Shown here one piece after another: positions 19,776-29,743 of a DNA stretch of 64,000 nucleotides (positions within the stretch are counted from its first letter, which is position 1; each line of letters opens with the position of its first letter). Location: positions 1 through 64,000 of the forward strand of contig CAVTQK010000013.1 of assembly GCA_963736855.1 (NCBI GenBank), written 5' to 3'. The translations under genes were made by a program, and so were the position numbers. The notes beneath the pieces were generated by a model. It was not told where the DNA came from. It searched no databases and worked only from the letters and a program-made list of their open reading frames with translations. The stretch comes from an uncultured delta proteobacterium (GTDB lineage: Bacteria > Desulfobacterota > Desulfobacteria > Desulfobacterales > UBA2156).

Positions 19776-22595
19776 ATGGCAAAAAAGACGAAGAAGCTGA
19801 CCGTCGAAGCGCTCAAGCACGACGAGGCCACGCGGAAGAACATCCCCACCGCCGAATACCAGTCGGTGATGCAAAAGAACGAGCAGGACCCGGTGCGCGT
19901 GGCCTACGAGCGCCGCAACCGCGACCTCGATCCGCAGCTCGTCTGGCGCGGCAAGGATGAGAAGGACTGGAGCGACCTCGTCGTCCACGCCCCGCCGCTC
20001 TACATCCAGGAAAAGGTTCACCCCAAGGTGCTGATTGATGATCTGCTGCGTGAGCCGCAAAGAGGTCCGGGCGCGAAGCGCCCGGCTTCGCAAATCGATC
20101 TTTTCGCCGACTTCAACGGCATCGCCCAAGGGCGTGGACAAGACCGAGTTCTACCAGCACGACCAGAACTGGTCGAACCGCATGATCCTCGGCGACTCCT
20201 TGCAGGTGATGGCCAGCCTCGCCGAGCGCGAGGGTCTGCGCGGCAAGGTGCAGTGCATCTACTTCGACCCGCCCTACGGCATCAAGTTCAACAGCAACTT
20301 CCAGTGGTCCACCACCAGCCGCGACGTGAAGGACGGCAAGGCCGACCACATCACCCGCGAGCCGGAGCAGGTCAAAGCCTTCCGCGACACCTGGCGCGAC
20401 GGCATCCACAGCTACCTCACCTACCTCCGCGACCGCCTCACCGTCGCCCGCGATCTGCTCACCGATTCCGGCTCCATCTTCGTGCAGATCGGCGATGAAA
20501 ATGTCCATCGCGTCCGGGCGGTGATGGATGAGGTGTTTGGGGAGGACAATTTCGTCTCGGTAATCACGTTTCAGAAAGACGACGAGCTGCATCAAGCAAC
20601 TTACCTTCGAGCGGATTGCGATTACATGCTTCTGGTATGCAAAGAATCGCAAGCAGCTATGAAATTCCGCACGGCTCTCATACGAAAGACGCATTGACGG
20701 ACAGTCGGCGACGTATTCATGGATTGACGTCATGCTGACGGATCTGCTCGCGCAGTTTCAAACGAGCGAAAGTCGGATGCGCAATGCGTTCCAGAAGGCG
20801 ATCGACATTACCAGCCTACGACTACTTCGACGTGCGCCAACGGCATTCACGCTGCTTCGATTCGATGTTGTAGGACGACAACTCTTCCATTCCGGATCGA
20901 GACATGGCCGACAGTCGGACAGTGGTCTCAGAACAGACTCGAACTGTCGCGAATCGGATAATTCGACGAACAGGCTCGATTATGTTCGATATGTTGATGA
21001 CTTTCCGCGTCGCACCCAATTAGCAACTATGTGGACTGGACATCGGGTTCAGGAGTTTCACGGACGACCAAAGTCTATGTTGTTCAAACCGACACTGAAG
21101 TCAGTTCAACGCTGCATTCTGATGACCACCGACCCCGGCGACCTCGTGCTCGACCCGACCTGCGGTTCCGGCACCACCACCTATGTCTCCGAACAATGGG
21201 GTCGGCGCTGGATAACCATTGACACCTCCCGCGTGGCGCTGGCGCTGGCCCGTGCCCGCATCATGGGCGCCCGATATCAGTACTACCTACTGGCCGACAG
21301 CCGCGACGGGCAACTCAAGGAGGCCGAAGTTACCCGCACCGCGCCATCGAGCCAGCCCACCCGCGGCGACATCCGCCAGGGTTTTGTCTATGAGCGCGTG
21401 CCGCACATCACCCTCAAGTCCATCGCCAACAACGCGGAGATCGATGTCATCTGGGACAAGTGGCAGGCGAAGCTGGAGCCGTTGCGCGAGTCGCTGAACG
21501 CCGCGCTCAAGAAAACCTGGCAGGAGTGGGAGATTCCGCGCGAGGCCGATGCCAAGTGGCCGAATGCCGCAAAGAAGCTGCACGCCGACTGGTGGCAGGC
21601 CCGCATTGCCCGGCAGAAGGAGATCGACGCCTCCATCGCCGCCAAGGCCGAGTTTGAATACCTCTACGACAAGCCTTACGAGAACAAGAAAATCGTCCGC
21701 GTGGCCGGTCCCTTCACCGTGGAGAGCCTCAGCCCCCACCGCGTGCTGGGCGTGGATGAGAACGATGAATTGATGGACAACCTGAAGGAAGACAGTGCTG
21801 AATACGGAGCCAAGCAGACCTTTCCCCAGATGATCCTGGAGAACCTCAAGACCGCCGGAGTCCAGCAGGCGCACAAGGAAGACAAGATCACCTTCACCGC
21901 GCTCACGCCCATGGCCGGGTTACTTTATTTGCGCCGAAGGCCGATACCTCGAAGGCAACGCGGAAACAAGCACCGAAAAGCGAGCCGCCATCTTCATCGG
22001 CCCGGAATTCGGCACCGTCACCCGACCCGATCTGGTGGCCGCCGCCCGCGAGGCCGGCGATGCCGACTTCGACGTATTGATCGCCTGCGCCTTCAACTAC
22101 GAGGCCCACGCCACAGACTTCAGTAAACTCGGTCGCATCCCCGTGCTCAAGGCACGGATGAACGCCGACCTGCACATGGCCGAAGACCTCAAGAACACCG
22201 GCAAGGGCAACCTGTTCGTCATCTTCGGCGAGCCTGACATAGACATCCTGCCGGAATCGGACGGTAGGCTGCGCGTGAAGGTGAACGGTGTGGACGTCTT
22301 CCACCCCCAGACCGGCGAAGTCCGCAGCGACGGCCCCGACGGCATCGCCTGCTGGTTCATCGACACCGACTACAACGAAGAGAGCTTCTTCGTCCGCCAC
22401 GCCTATTTCCTTGGCGCAAACGACCCCTACAAGGCGCTCAAGACCACCCTCAAGGCCGAGATCAACGAGGAAGCCTGGGCCACACTCAACAGCGACACCT
22501 CGCGGCCCTTCCCCAAACCGAAGTCCGGTCGCATCGCCGTGAAGGTCATCAACCACCTCGGGGATGAAGTGATGAAGGTATTCAAGGTGAGTTGA
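19776..22595 (+). CDS. Site-specific DNA methyltransferase (Mod, beta-class N6A/N4C), frameshifted
   Basis: YFDPPYGIKF (motif IV) before LDPTCGSGTT (motif I); ends IAVKVINHLGDEVMKVF. Confidence 0.88.
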
Positions 22596-22615
22596 TGGAT
22601 TTCCGTATCGCTGAC
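22595..22615 (+). pseudogene. 7-codon stub (MDFRIAD) of the gene that normally follows this Mod, probably a UvrD-like helicase
   Basis: TGATG stop/start overlap with mod; MDFRIAD matches the recalled N-terminus M(D/E)FRIADTF of helicases in such loci. Confidence 0.5.
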
Positions 22616-23043
22616 AACCTGCAGCTTGATTTGAGCACCATCGGGTAGTTCTTGGATCTGGCGGGCAATATCGCCGGAAAAGCGCACGAAGTCGATTTGT
22701 GGCGCAGTAGCGAGATTGTCTCCACCATATCCACCACCCAAAACACCGGGAATCTTGAGGCAGTACTTCCTTCCTTCAGTCAAAGGACCGCACTGGTCGT
22801 TTGTTAGTGAGACAAGCGCACTCATATACCAGTCGTGAAGGAACTCTTGGTCAGTCGAAAGTGCGTCAAGTTCAGCGCGATTAGCGGCAATGACTCTGCA
22901 GTAGCAATCTTCAGGACAAAGGAGCCAGTACTTCCCCTCTTCGTCTTTGATGATGAGATTGCCGAAGTCGTTTTCGCCAACGACCTCAACGGGCTCGATG
23001 CCTACCCAGCCCAAAACTGGCGAATTTCGTCAACGAGGCCCAT
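22610..23043 (-). CDS. DUF1851/T6SS immunity Tdi1-like cassette gene (5' frameshift; native 3' end lost)
   Basis: WVGIEPVEVVGENDFGNLII...WLLCPE...LKIPGVLGGGY..DNL...SGDIARQI; ATG lies just after the GTTATGC core site. Confidence 0.6.
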
Positions 23044-23051
23044 GTGATGAC

Positions 23052-23181
23052 GCATAACGAAAAGCATGAGCTGCGACGCGTCTAATTGTATAGGCACTAG
23101 AAAAAAACCAGGCGGACTTTCAATGCCCAGTGACACCTCCGACCTGAGTGAAGCGTCATCAGGCTCAATGCATTATTAAGC
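23052..23181 (-). other. attC site (130 bp; degenerate inverse core GCTTAAT)
   Basis: Minus strand GCTTAATAATGCATTGAGCCTGATGACGC...GCGTCGCAGCTCATGCTTTTCGTTATGC imperfect hairpin. Confidence 0.75.
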
Positions 23182-23193
23182 CTATTTTTTAAA

Positions 23194-23523
23194 CTAAATA
23201 GTCTGTTCAATATTAATGTCAGTTCTGTTAACAGGAATGATTCGTTGTTCTATGTCGTTCCATACTTTTTTCTTCTGTAATCTCAGGTCATATTCATTCT
23301 GAAGATTTAACCAAAATTGTGCCTCTATTCCAAAATAACGCTGTAATCTTAGTGCTGTATCTGCAGTTATCGCCCTTTTCCCATTGACAATTTCACTTAT
23401 GCGATTTGGTGGCACTGAGAGATCCCTCGAAAGTTTGTTTATGCTTATGCCTAAAGGTTCAAGGAAATCTTCTCGTAAAATTTCTCCCGGACTTATGGGA
23501 TCAAGATTTTTTTTAGTAATCAT
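23194..23523 (-). CDS. higA: HigA family antitoxin
   Basis: PISPGEILREDFL, GKRAITADTALRL, FWLNLQ. Confidence 0.92.
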   Translation of the reverse strand: MITKKNLDPISPGEILREDFLEPLGISINKLSRDLSVPPNRISEIVNGKRAITADTALRLQRYFGIEAQFWLNLQNEYDLRLQKKKVWNDIEQRIIPVNRTDINIEQTI

Positions 23524-23532
23524 ATTAACACC

Positions 23533-23811
23533 TCAATGATAATCGGTAATTTCTACATTATTAGCATGACCTTCATTCCACGGGAAACAAATACGCCATT
23601 GATCATTTATGCTTATTGTATATTGCCCTTTTCGATCACCGGATAATGAATGAAGCTTATTCCCAGGGATCAACATTAATGATCTAAGAGACGGAGCAGC
23701 ATGAAGGTGCATTAAATTTTTTCTTGCTTGTCTTTCAAAGGATTGGAATTTTTTGACCCATTGATCATTAAAAAGTTTTTCCGTATCTTTGTAAGCAAAT
23801 TACTTTATCAT
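23533..23811 (-). pseudogene. higB: HigB (RelE/ParE-like) toxin with a stop at codon 4
   Basis: MIK*FAYKDTEKLF...PGNKLHSLSGDRKGQYTISINDQWRICF...VEITDYH; TAA at 23800-23802. Confidence 0.88.
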
Positions 23812-23858
23812 ATGCTAAACGTATTATGTATTACGTAATATGTTAAGCGTAATTTGCA

Positions 23859-23989
23859 GCCTAACGTCCGGCATAACTCGCCCCAAGAGATATGCCTGCC
23901 ATCCTCTCTTTTCTGAAATCCCTATTTGGAAGCTGAACCACATTCAAAAAACGACGCTCTTGGGGTCGGAGTTCATACCGTTGTTATGC
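23859..23989 (-). other. attC site (131 bp)
   Basis: Minus strand GCATAAC AACGGTATGAACTCCGACCCCAAGAG...CTCTTGGGGCGAGTTATGCCGGAC GTTAGGC. Confidence 0.85.
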
Positions 23990-24026
23990 TGAATCTTTAT
24001 TGTACTTATGGATTGCTGCGGGCATG

Positions 24027-24971
24027 TCATGCCAGACTATTACACTGGTTAATCTCAATCGTAATATGAGCGAGCTCGTGAACTTCTCTGAGCCTTCTTT
24101 TATATTCCTCAATTGTGTATCTTCTGCAGGTTACAACCGCAATGATGCAACCATATTTTCCATCTGCAACTTTCCATAAATGTAGATCAGATATTTTAGT
24201 ATCACCGTCAGCTTCAATATGTTCTCTAATTTCCCGGGATACAGGCGAATCATTTTCTCGGTCAAGCAATATAGACGCAGAATCTCTCAATAACAGAATT
24301 GACCAGCGTGCAATAAGGAGAGCGCCAAGAATTCCCACAAAGGGATCTAACCAATTGGCATCAAAATATTTCGCGCCCAGCAAGGCAGAAATAGCAAGTA
24401 CCGAAGTCAGAGCATCGGCTATAACATGAAGATAAGCAGACCTGAGATTCAAATCATCATGGTTGTGGTGAGCATGCCCATTATCTTCGTTTTCATGACG
24501 ATGATGATGCTGATTTGATCCTGAATTTAATATAATGGCGCATACGACATTTATTCCAAGCCCGATTGCTGCCACAAATAATGCCTCGTTATAATGAATT
24601 GATAACGGACGGGAAAAGCGCTCTATGGAGACATAGACCATCAGGATCGCTACCAAACCCAATACAATTGCGCTTGTATAAGCTCCAAGAATCTCTATTT
24701 TCCAAGTACCAAAAGCAAAACTGGCGCTTTCAGCATGCTTCCGAGCGATTATATATGCAAACAGCGAGATTCCGAGAGCAAAGGCGTGGGTTCCCATGTG
24801 CCAGCCATCTGCATAGACTGCCATGGAATTCGTTACCCACCCAACAACGATTTCTGAGATCATCATCAAGAATGTGATGATAACGACCAGAAGCGTCTTT
24901 TTCTCAATCTGCTGCTTATCTATTTTGAATATATGCTGATGCTGCCAAAGGTGAAGGCTGTTGTTGTGCAC
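24027..24971 (-). CDS. dmeF: CDF family Co/Ni efflux transporter (DmeF-like), integron cassette
   Basis: ADGWHMGTHA, His-rich loop, NLRSAYLHVIADALTS. Confidence 0.88.
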   Translation of the reverse strand: MHNNSLHLWQHQHIFKIDKQQIEKKTLLVVIITFLMMISEIVVGWVTNSMAVYADGWHMGTHAFALGISLFAYIIARKHAESASFAFGTWKIEILGAYTSAIVLGLVAILMVYVSIERFSRPLSIHYNEALFVAAIGLGINVVCAIILNSGSNQHHHRHENEDNGHAHHNHDDLNLRSAYLHVIADALTSVLAISALLGAKYFDANWLDPFVGILGALLIARWSILLLRDSASILLDRENDSPVSREIREHIEADGDTKISDLHLWKVADGKYGCIIAVVTCRRYTIEEYKRRLREVHELAHITIEINQCNSLA

Positions 24972-25058
24972 AGGATACTCCCATTGAATCGTGCGCGCGG
25001 TTACTTGCTCTATTTTATTACATCATTCGCAGAGATAGGGTTGCTTATATTGGATTCA

Positions 25059-25123
25059 GCATAACGAAAAGCTCACCCGAAGCAGCCCAGCGGGCTGCGA
25101 TCGGATGGAGCGGCTGGTTGTGC
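25059..25123 (-). other. attC site (65 bp, classical type)
   Basis: Minus strand GCACAACCAGCCGCTCCATCCGATCGCAGCCCGCTGGGCTGCTTCGGGTGAGCTTTTCGTTATGC. Confidence 0.9.
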
Positions 25124-25130
25124 AAATATT

Positions 25131-25349
25131 TTATGATGCTTCTTTCCAATGCATAGAGAGTACTCGATTGGAAGCAGCGCAATCTCGCAAATAGAGATTT
25201 ATTAAGGTTTGATAAGGGATGCCTGCTGTTTTAGCGAGACTTTTGAAGTAATCTACCGTACCCTTATCCAACCTTATAGTAACCTGCTTCTTGAGCATGC
25301 TTGCATAGGGATTCTTTTTTGCTTTTGAAAAATCATATTCTTTTCTCAT
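25131..25349 (-). CDS. brnA: BrnA family antitoxin
   Basis: MRKEYDFSKAKKNPY..KKQVTIRLD...GIPYQTLIN. Confidence 0.88.
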   Translation of the reverse strand: MRKEYDFSKAKKNPYASMLKKQVTIRLDKGTVDYFKSLAKTAGIPYQTLINLYLRDCAASNRVLSMHWKEAS

Positions 25350-25351
25350 GA

Positions 25352-25642
25352 TTACCACCTGTTCCAATAATGTTTTTGCTCCGTGCGCGTTGCCTTCCGT
25401 GCTGAAATAATTCTTATGGTTAGGTCTGCCTTGCGATAAGTATGGGATATAACGAGTAGACGCAGTTTTGAACTTATGCCGAGTAGAATAAATCGCTCTT
25501 CTTCCAGTGTATGATCAGGATCATCGAGCAACAAACCGTTCTCATCAGAAAATACCGTCTGCGCTTCAAGAAAAGAAATACCATGCTTTCTTTGATTCAG
25601 GTTATCCTTCTTTTCATCCCATTCAAATCGAATCTCTTTCAT
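25352..25642 (-). CDS. brnT: BrnT family toxin
   Basis: FEWDEKK..N.RKHGISF.EA, EERFILLG, IRIISARKAT. Confidence 0.92.
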   Translation of the reverse strand: MKEIRFEWDEKKDNLNQRKHGISFLEAQTVFSDENGLLLDDPDHTLEEERFILLGISSKLRLLVISHTYRKADLTIRIISARKATRTEQKHYWNRW

Positions 25643-25648
25643 GATTAC

Positions 25649-25677
25649 AGTGTAAATACATTGTATTGATATGTCAA
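25649..25677 (-). promoter_or_regulatory. Cassette-internal sigma70 promoter of brnTA
   Basis: TTGACA-17 nt-TACACT just upstream of the ATG. Confidence 0.7.
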
Positions 25678-25687
25678 TATTTTTTTC

Positions 25688-25715
25688 GCACAACAGTTTG
25701 GATAAATAGAAAAAT
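25688..25715 (-). other. attI-like site at the head of the cassette array
   Basis: ...CTATTTATCCAAACT GTTGTGC core site with no attC hairpin upstream. Confidence 0.55.
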
Positions 25716-25938
25716 TTGATTGATATGAAGGTTATGGTATGCTAAAAAATTTTATCTATTGAGATATTAATATGGAAGAAATGGAAAATATCATAACTCT
25801 TTTCCATTTTTTGATTTTCAAGGATAAACCACATGGAAATCAAACAAAAATTTTGTTCATCCACTTTAACATAATTTTCTGTTTGAAAAAAGTGGATAAT
25901 CCGGTTTTCTTCTTGGTGAAGACCAATTGGAGGAATGA

Positions 25939-26418
25939 ATGATCATTGATGCCATTCAGGATTTTTGCCCGCCTGAAATCGCCGTATGTTACGGCTGCGG
26001 GCGGAACAATGCGCATGGGCTTCATATTCGGACCCGATGGGATGGGAAGGAAGGGGTTTTCCATTTTTTCCCCCAGCCTTACCACACGGCTTTCCCCGGA
26101 GTGGTCTACGGCGGGTTGATCGCCAGCCTCATCGATTGCCACAGCATCGGGACTTGTGTGGCCGCGGCCTACGATGCCGAGGGGCGCTCTCCAGGGACCG
26201 AACCGGAAATTACTTTCGTTACGGGGAATCTGAACATTACCTATCTGAAGCCCACCCCCATCGATGCCGAACTCGTTCTCCGTGCAACGGTCAAGGAACA
26301 GCATCCACGCAGGACGATCATCGTCTGCAGCTTGCATGCCGGCGGAAAAGAATGCGCCCGGGCTGAAGTGACGGGAATCCGGATCCCATCGGGAAGGAAC
26401 ATCTTGAATCCGCGCTGA
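25939..26418 (+). CDS. PaaI/hotdog-fold thioesterase
   Basis: CYGCG..N..GL, VVYGGLIASLIDCH, TYLKPTP. Confidence 0.85.
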   Translation: MIIDAIQDFCPPEIAVCYGCGRNNAHGLHIRTRWDGKEGVFHFFPQPYHTAFPGVVYGGLIASLIDCHSIGTCVAAAYDAEGRSPGTEPEITFVTGNLNITYLKPTPIDAELVLRATVKEQHPRRTIIVCSLHAGGKECARAEVTGIRIPSGRNILNPR

Positions 26419-26466
26419 ACCCGAAACGCTGAAACACCCCCCTCGGCCGGCCCGGAGATAGCCGAA

Positions 26467-27375
26467 TCACTTTTTTGCTTCAACGGAAAACCAACTGAGC
26501 AGGGAGCCGGTCACCAGCAGGGCGCATCCGATCCAAAGGCCTCGTGTGGGTGAGACCCTCAGGTAAAAGACACTGATGAGGGTGGACAACAGCGGCGTCA
26601 AATAGCTGCATGCGGCGACCAGAACCACCTCCCCCTGCCGCATGGCATAATCCCAGAGGCCATAGCCCAGATACGTCGCCAGACCTAAAAACACCGTTTC
26701 CAGAACCGCGTGAAGCGTATAACCCGGCATAGACTCCAGGGTCAGGGAAAAGGCGAGGAAGACACAACCGGTGACCGGCATGAAAAGATCCACGGCCCCT
26801 TTCGGATGTCCGCCGGCCCATCTCCGGGTGAGGTTGGAATATAAGGCCCACGAAACGGCGGCGGTCAAACCGAGAAGATAGGCAACGGGGTTGTCCAAGA
26901 GATTTTTTGAAAAGGACTCCCAAGAAAGATTTTCCTCTCCTGCAAAGACGAAGACCATCCCGGTTACCGCCAGCAACGTCCCCGGTATCAGGATCCAGTT
27001 GGCACGACGATTGAGAAGCCCCAAAGAGAAAATGATTGTCAGCGGCGGCCACAGGTAATTCAAAAGCCCTACTTCCAGAACCTGAATCCGGTCTTTGCTG
27101 AACCCGATGGCCGCAAAGAGCGCAATCATGTAAAGGATGAACAGTGCCCCGCACCCGAACAGGTACTTTCGGGGCAGTTGAAAGAGGGAGTTGAGATGTC
27201 CCGGCGATAAAAGGAATCGCACCCCGGAGGCCAGACCGCCTACGACGTAAACCGAGGCAGCAGCGGTGAGGGGTCCCAGTTGTTCGGTAAGGCTCCGGAC
27301 AAGGGCTACCGTCGTACTCCACAGTACAATGGCCAGGATGCCGGCGGCAGTGCCGGCGAGAGGTTTTTGCATCAT
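26467..27375 (-). CDS. yddG: EamA/DMT transporter, YddG-like aromatic amino acid exporter
   Basis: AIVLWST, EVGLLNYLWP, SYLTPLLS. Confidence 0.8.
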   Translation of the reverse strand: MMQKPLAGTAAGILAIVLWSTTVALVRSLTEQLGPLTAAASVYVVGGLASGVRFLLSPGHLNSLFQLPRKYLFGCGALFILYMIALFAAIGFSKDRIQVLEVGLLNYLWPPLTIIFSLGLLNRRANWILIPGTLLAVTGMVFVFAGEENLSWESFSKNLLDNPVAYLLGLTAAVSWALYSNLTRRWAGGHPKGAVDLFMPVTGCVFLAFSLTLESMPGYTLHAVLETVFLGLATYLGYGLWDYAMRQGEVVLVAACSYLTPLLSTLISVFYLRVSPTRGLWIGCALLVTGSLLSWFSVEAKK

Positions 27376-27421
27376 CGGGGAGCCTAAACGGACCTATCCG
27401 CCTTGTTTGCTCTCAGATAGT

Positions 27422-28117
27422 TTATGGGGATTCGAGGGATTCCTTCAGGGCTGCCCGGGCCAGAAGGCGGGTGGAGTCCAAGACCGGCAGCGGACAGTCC
27501 TCGGGGTCCACCAGAAGCGGGATTTCCGTACACCCCAATACCACCGCGTCACACCCCTTATTCTTCAATTTCCGGATCACCTCGTTGAAGTAGATCCTGG
27601 ATTCCTCTTTGAAAATTCCGTTGACCAGCTCTTTGAAAATAATTTGGTCGATCCTTTCCCGGTCAGGGGGTTCCGGAATCTCGCAGTCGATATAATTCCT
27701 GGCAAGCCGCGTGGGATAGACCGGTCCAGTCATCAGGTACCGGGTTCCGGTGATGCCCAGAAGCTTATACTGATGTTCCCGGGCCTCTTGCGCCACCGCA
27801 TCCGCGATGTGAAGCCACGAGATGGGCGCTTCGGCGGCGGCCAGATCAAAGGCCTGGTGGATGGTGTTATCCGGACAAATGGCCAGCCGGGCTCCGATGG
27901 AGGCGAGTTTTTCTGCTGAAGAACGCATGAGAGCGGCCACCGCATCCCAGTTCCCTGAACGGATATGCTCCATGTATTGCCCCAGCGGATAGGTGTGCAT
28001 GGAGACTTCGGGATGCAGGTACTCTCCCATGAGAGCCGGCGCTTCGGTGCAAAGGGTCCGGTAACAAAGAGCCGCCCCTTCGGCGCTGCATGCCACGATG
28101 CCGATGTGTTTTGCCAT
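27422..28117 (-). CDS. Aspartate/glutamate racemase family protein
   Basis: CPDNTIH and VLGCTEIPLL catalytic Cys motifs. Confidence 0.9.
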   Translation of the reverse strand: MAKHIGIVACSAEGAALCYRTLCTEAPALMGEYLHPEVSMHTYPLGQYMEHIRSGNWDAVAALMRSSAEKLASIGARLAICPDNTIHQAFDLAAAEAPISWLHIADAVAQEAREHQYKLLGITGTRYLMTGPVYPTRLARNYIDCEIPEPPDRERIDQIIFKELVNGIFKEESRIYFNEVIRKLKNKGCDAVVLGCTEIPLLVDPEDCPLPVLDSTRLLARAALKESLESP

Positions 28118-28464
28118 GGCCTTTCCTTTCTGTCGATACGGTCATGTACTGTTCCGATCGGTCAGGCACGCTAACACAGGCATGAACCGAAGGCAAGGTG
28201 CGTCCCGGACCCTTGACAGTCGGATATGAAAAGAAACTCACGCCCCTCTTTCCCGGATTTTCTCCTTCAACCAGAAAATGGCGCAAAGCGAAAAATCCCA
28301 TCATTGTCGTTAATGGTCCAAGTATTTTCAGGAAATTCGGATGCGCCTATTTGATTTGCGGTTTCTGGAAACATGAGCTGAACATCCTGTGTCTTGATTT
28401 ACACGCCACAATACCATAAGGGTTCGGGTATGGATGTCCGGACTATTTTCAAAAGGATGTATCC

Positions 28465-29370
28465 GTGACGCACGAGAAGAAACCTCCCATGGAACCCACG
28501 CCGGCGGCAACTCTCATCCTGGTACGCGAGCACGCCGGCCGGATCGAGACCCATCTTCTGCTCAGGAGCATCAGCGCGGCCTTCATGTCGGGCAAATACG
28601 TCTTTCCCGGCGGCAGAGTCGATCTCCCGGATCGTGATATTGCCTTCTGGGAAAGGCATGCGGATTTGAGCTTCAAGGACATCGTCAGCCGGTTCGGAGG
28701 GGATTTTCCGAAAGAAGACGCCCTTTCCTATGCGGTGACGGCCATTCGGGAAACACTGGAGGAGGCCGGTGTTTTTTTTGCCGATGGTGCGTCGGCTCGG
28801 AAAACGGAGACGGACCGGATCTGCACCTTACGGCTTGCCGAAAACCTGCCCAAAGACTGGTTCCAAAATGAAGTGGCTTCAGGGAGCTGGACCCTGACTT
28901 TCTCACGGCTCTATCGGTGGGCCCATTGGATTACCCCGGAGAAGATGAAGCCGCGCTTTGACACCCGGTTTTTTTTGGCTTTTATCCCCGAAGCGCAGGT
29001 CTGCCGGCCCGACTTCCGAGAAATCACGACGGGCTTGTGGATCCGGCCGCAAGAGGCCATGGAAAAAAACCTGGCCGGAGAGGTTCCGCTCAGTCCTCCG
29101 ACTCTCGTGACGCTCCATGAGCTCCTCCCTTACATCACAAAAGCCGAACTGATGGAAGCCTGTCAAAAACGAAGCTGGGGTAAACCCCTTTTGCCGCGAT
29201 TGGTTCCAATGGACGGGGGCGGGGTCATCCTGGAGCCCTGGGACAAAGACTACAGCAGAACCGATCCGTCTTTTGATCCCAAGAATCTGGAAAAGGCGGT
29301 GCTTCCGGCAGGGACGCCTTTTTCAAAAATATGGTATAATGGAATAGTTTGGCGGCCTGTGGAGATTTAA
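28465..29370 (+). CDS. NUDIX hydrolase
   Basis: YVFPGG, AIRETLEEAG, WAHWITP, RFDTRFF. Confidence 0.88.
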   Translation: MTHEKKPPMEPTPAATLILVREHAGRIETHLLLRSISAAFMSGKYVFPGGRVDLPDRDIAFWERHADLSFKDIVSRFGGDFPKEDALSYAVTAIRETLEEAGVFFADGASARKTETDRICTLRLAENLPKDWFQNEVASGSWTLTFSRLYRWAHWITPEKMKPRFDTRFFLAFIPEAQVCRPDFREITTGLWIRPQEAMEKNLAGEVPLSPPTLVTLHELLPYITKAELMEACQKRSWGKPLLPRLVPMDGGGVILEPWDKDYSRTDPSFDPKNLEKAVLPAGTPFSKIWYNGIVWRPVEI

Positions 29371-29406
29371 AGCGTGTAGACAAAATAAGAAAGGGGGAGG
29401 GACAGT

Positions 29407-29685
29407 ATGGCACAAGACCCTGGAATCGGATTCCGCGTGGTGGCGACGGTGAAGTCGGTAAAGGGAAATTGCAATGCGGGGCATCAGGTGGGGGAACGCT
29501 TCGAAATCAGCTGCCACAATACCGGCGGACTGTGCGGCTTTTTCTATCACGACCTTTTTCCGGGTCTTTCCACCTTTCAGTTCGGAGGGAGCAGGCCCTG
29601 GTGGAAAGGAGACACCATCGAAATCGGATGCCCGGACCCAAACAACCAGGTCTTGCTGAGTCTCGAACGGTTCAAACGATCCTGA
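29407..29685 (+). CDS. TIGR04076-like small Cys-containing protein
   Basis: VKGNCNAGHQVGERF...LC...CPDP. Confidence 0.7.
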   Translation: MAQDPGIGFRVVATVKSVKGNCNAGHQVGERFEISCHNTGGLCGFFYHDLFPGLSTFQFGGSRPWWKGDTIEIGCPDPNNQVLLSLERFKRS

Positions 29686-29743
29686 AAAGCTTTTCTCTCG
29701 TTTTCCGTTTCAATAAAGCACCCGTTGTGTGTTTTAGAGCACT

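Noticed and set aside
22427..22609. C-terminal extension of ORF 22427-23014 antisense to mod
   Set aside because: Read-through caused by loss of the native stop at the deletion junction, not a real overlapping gene
28120..28460. Possible riboswitch upstream of the racemase gene
   Set aside because: No recognisable aptamer consensus; probably a divergent promoter region
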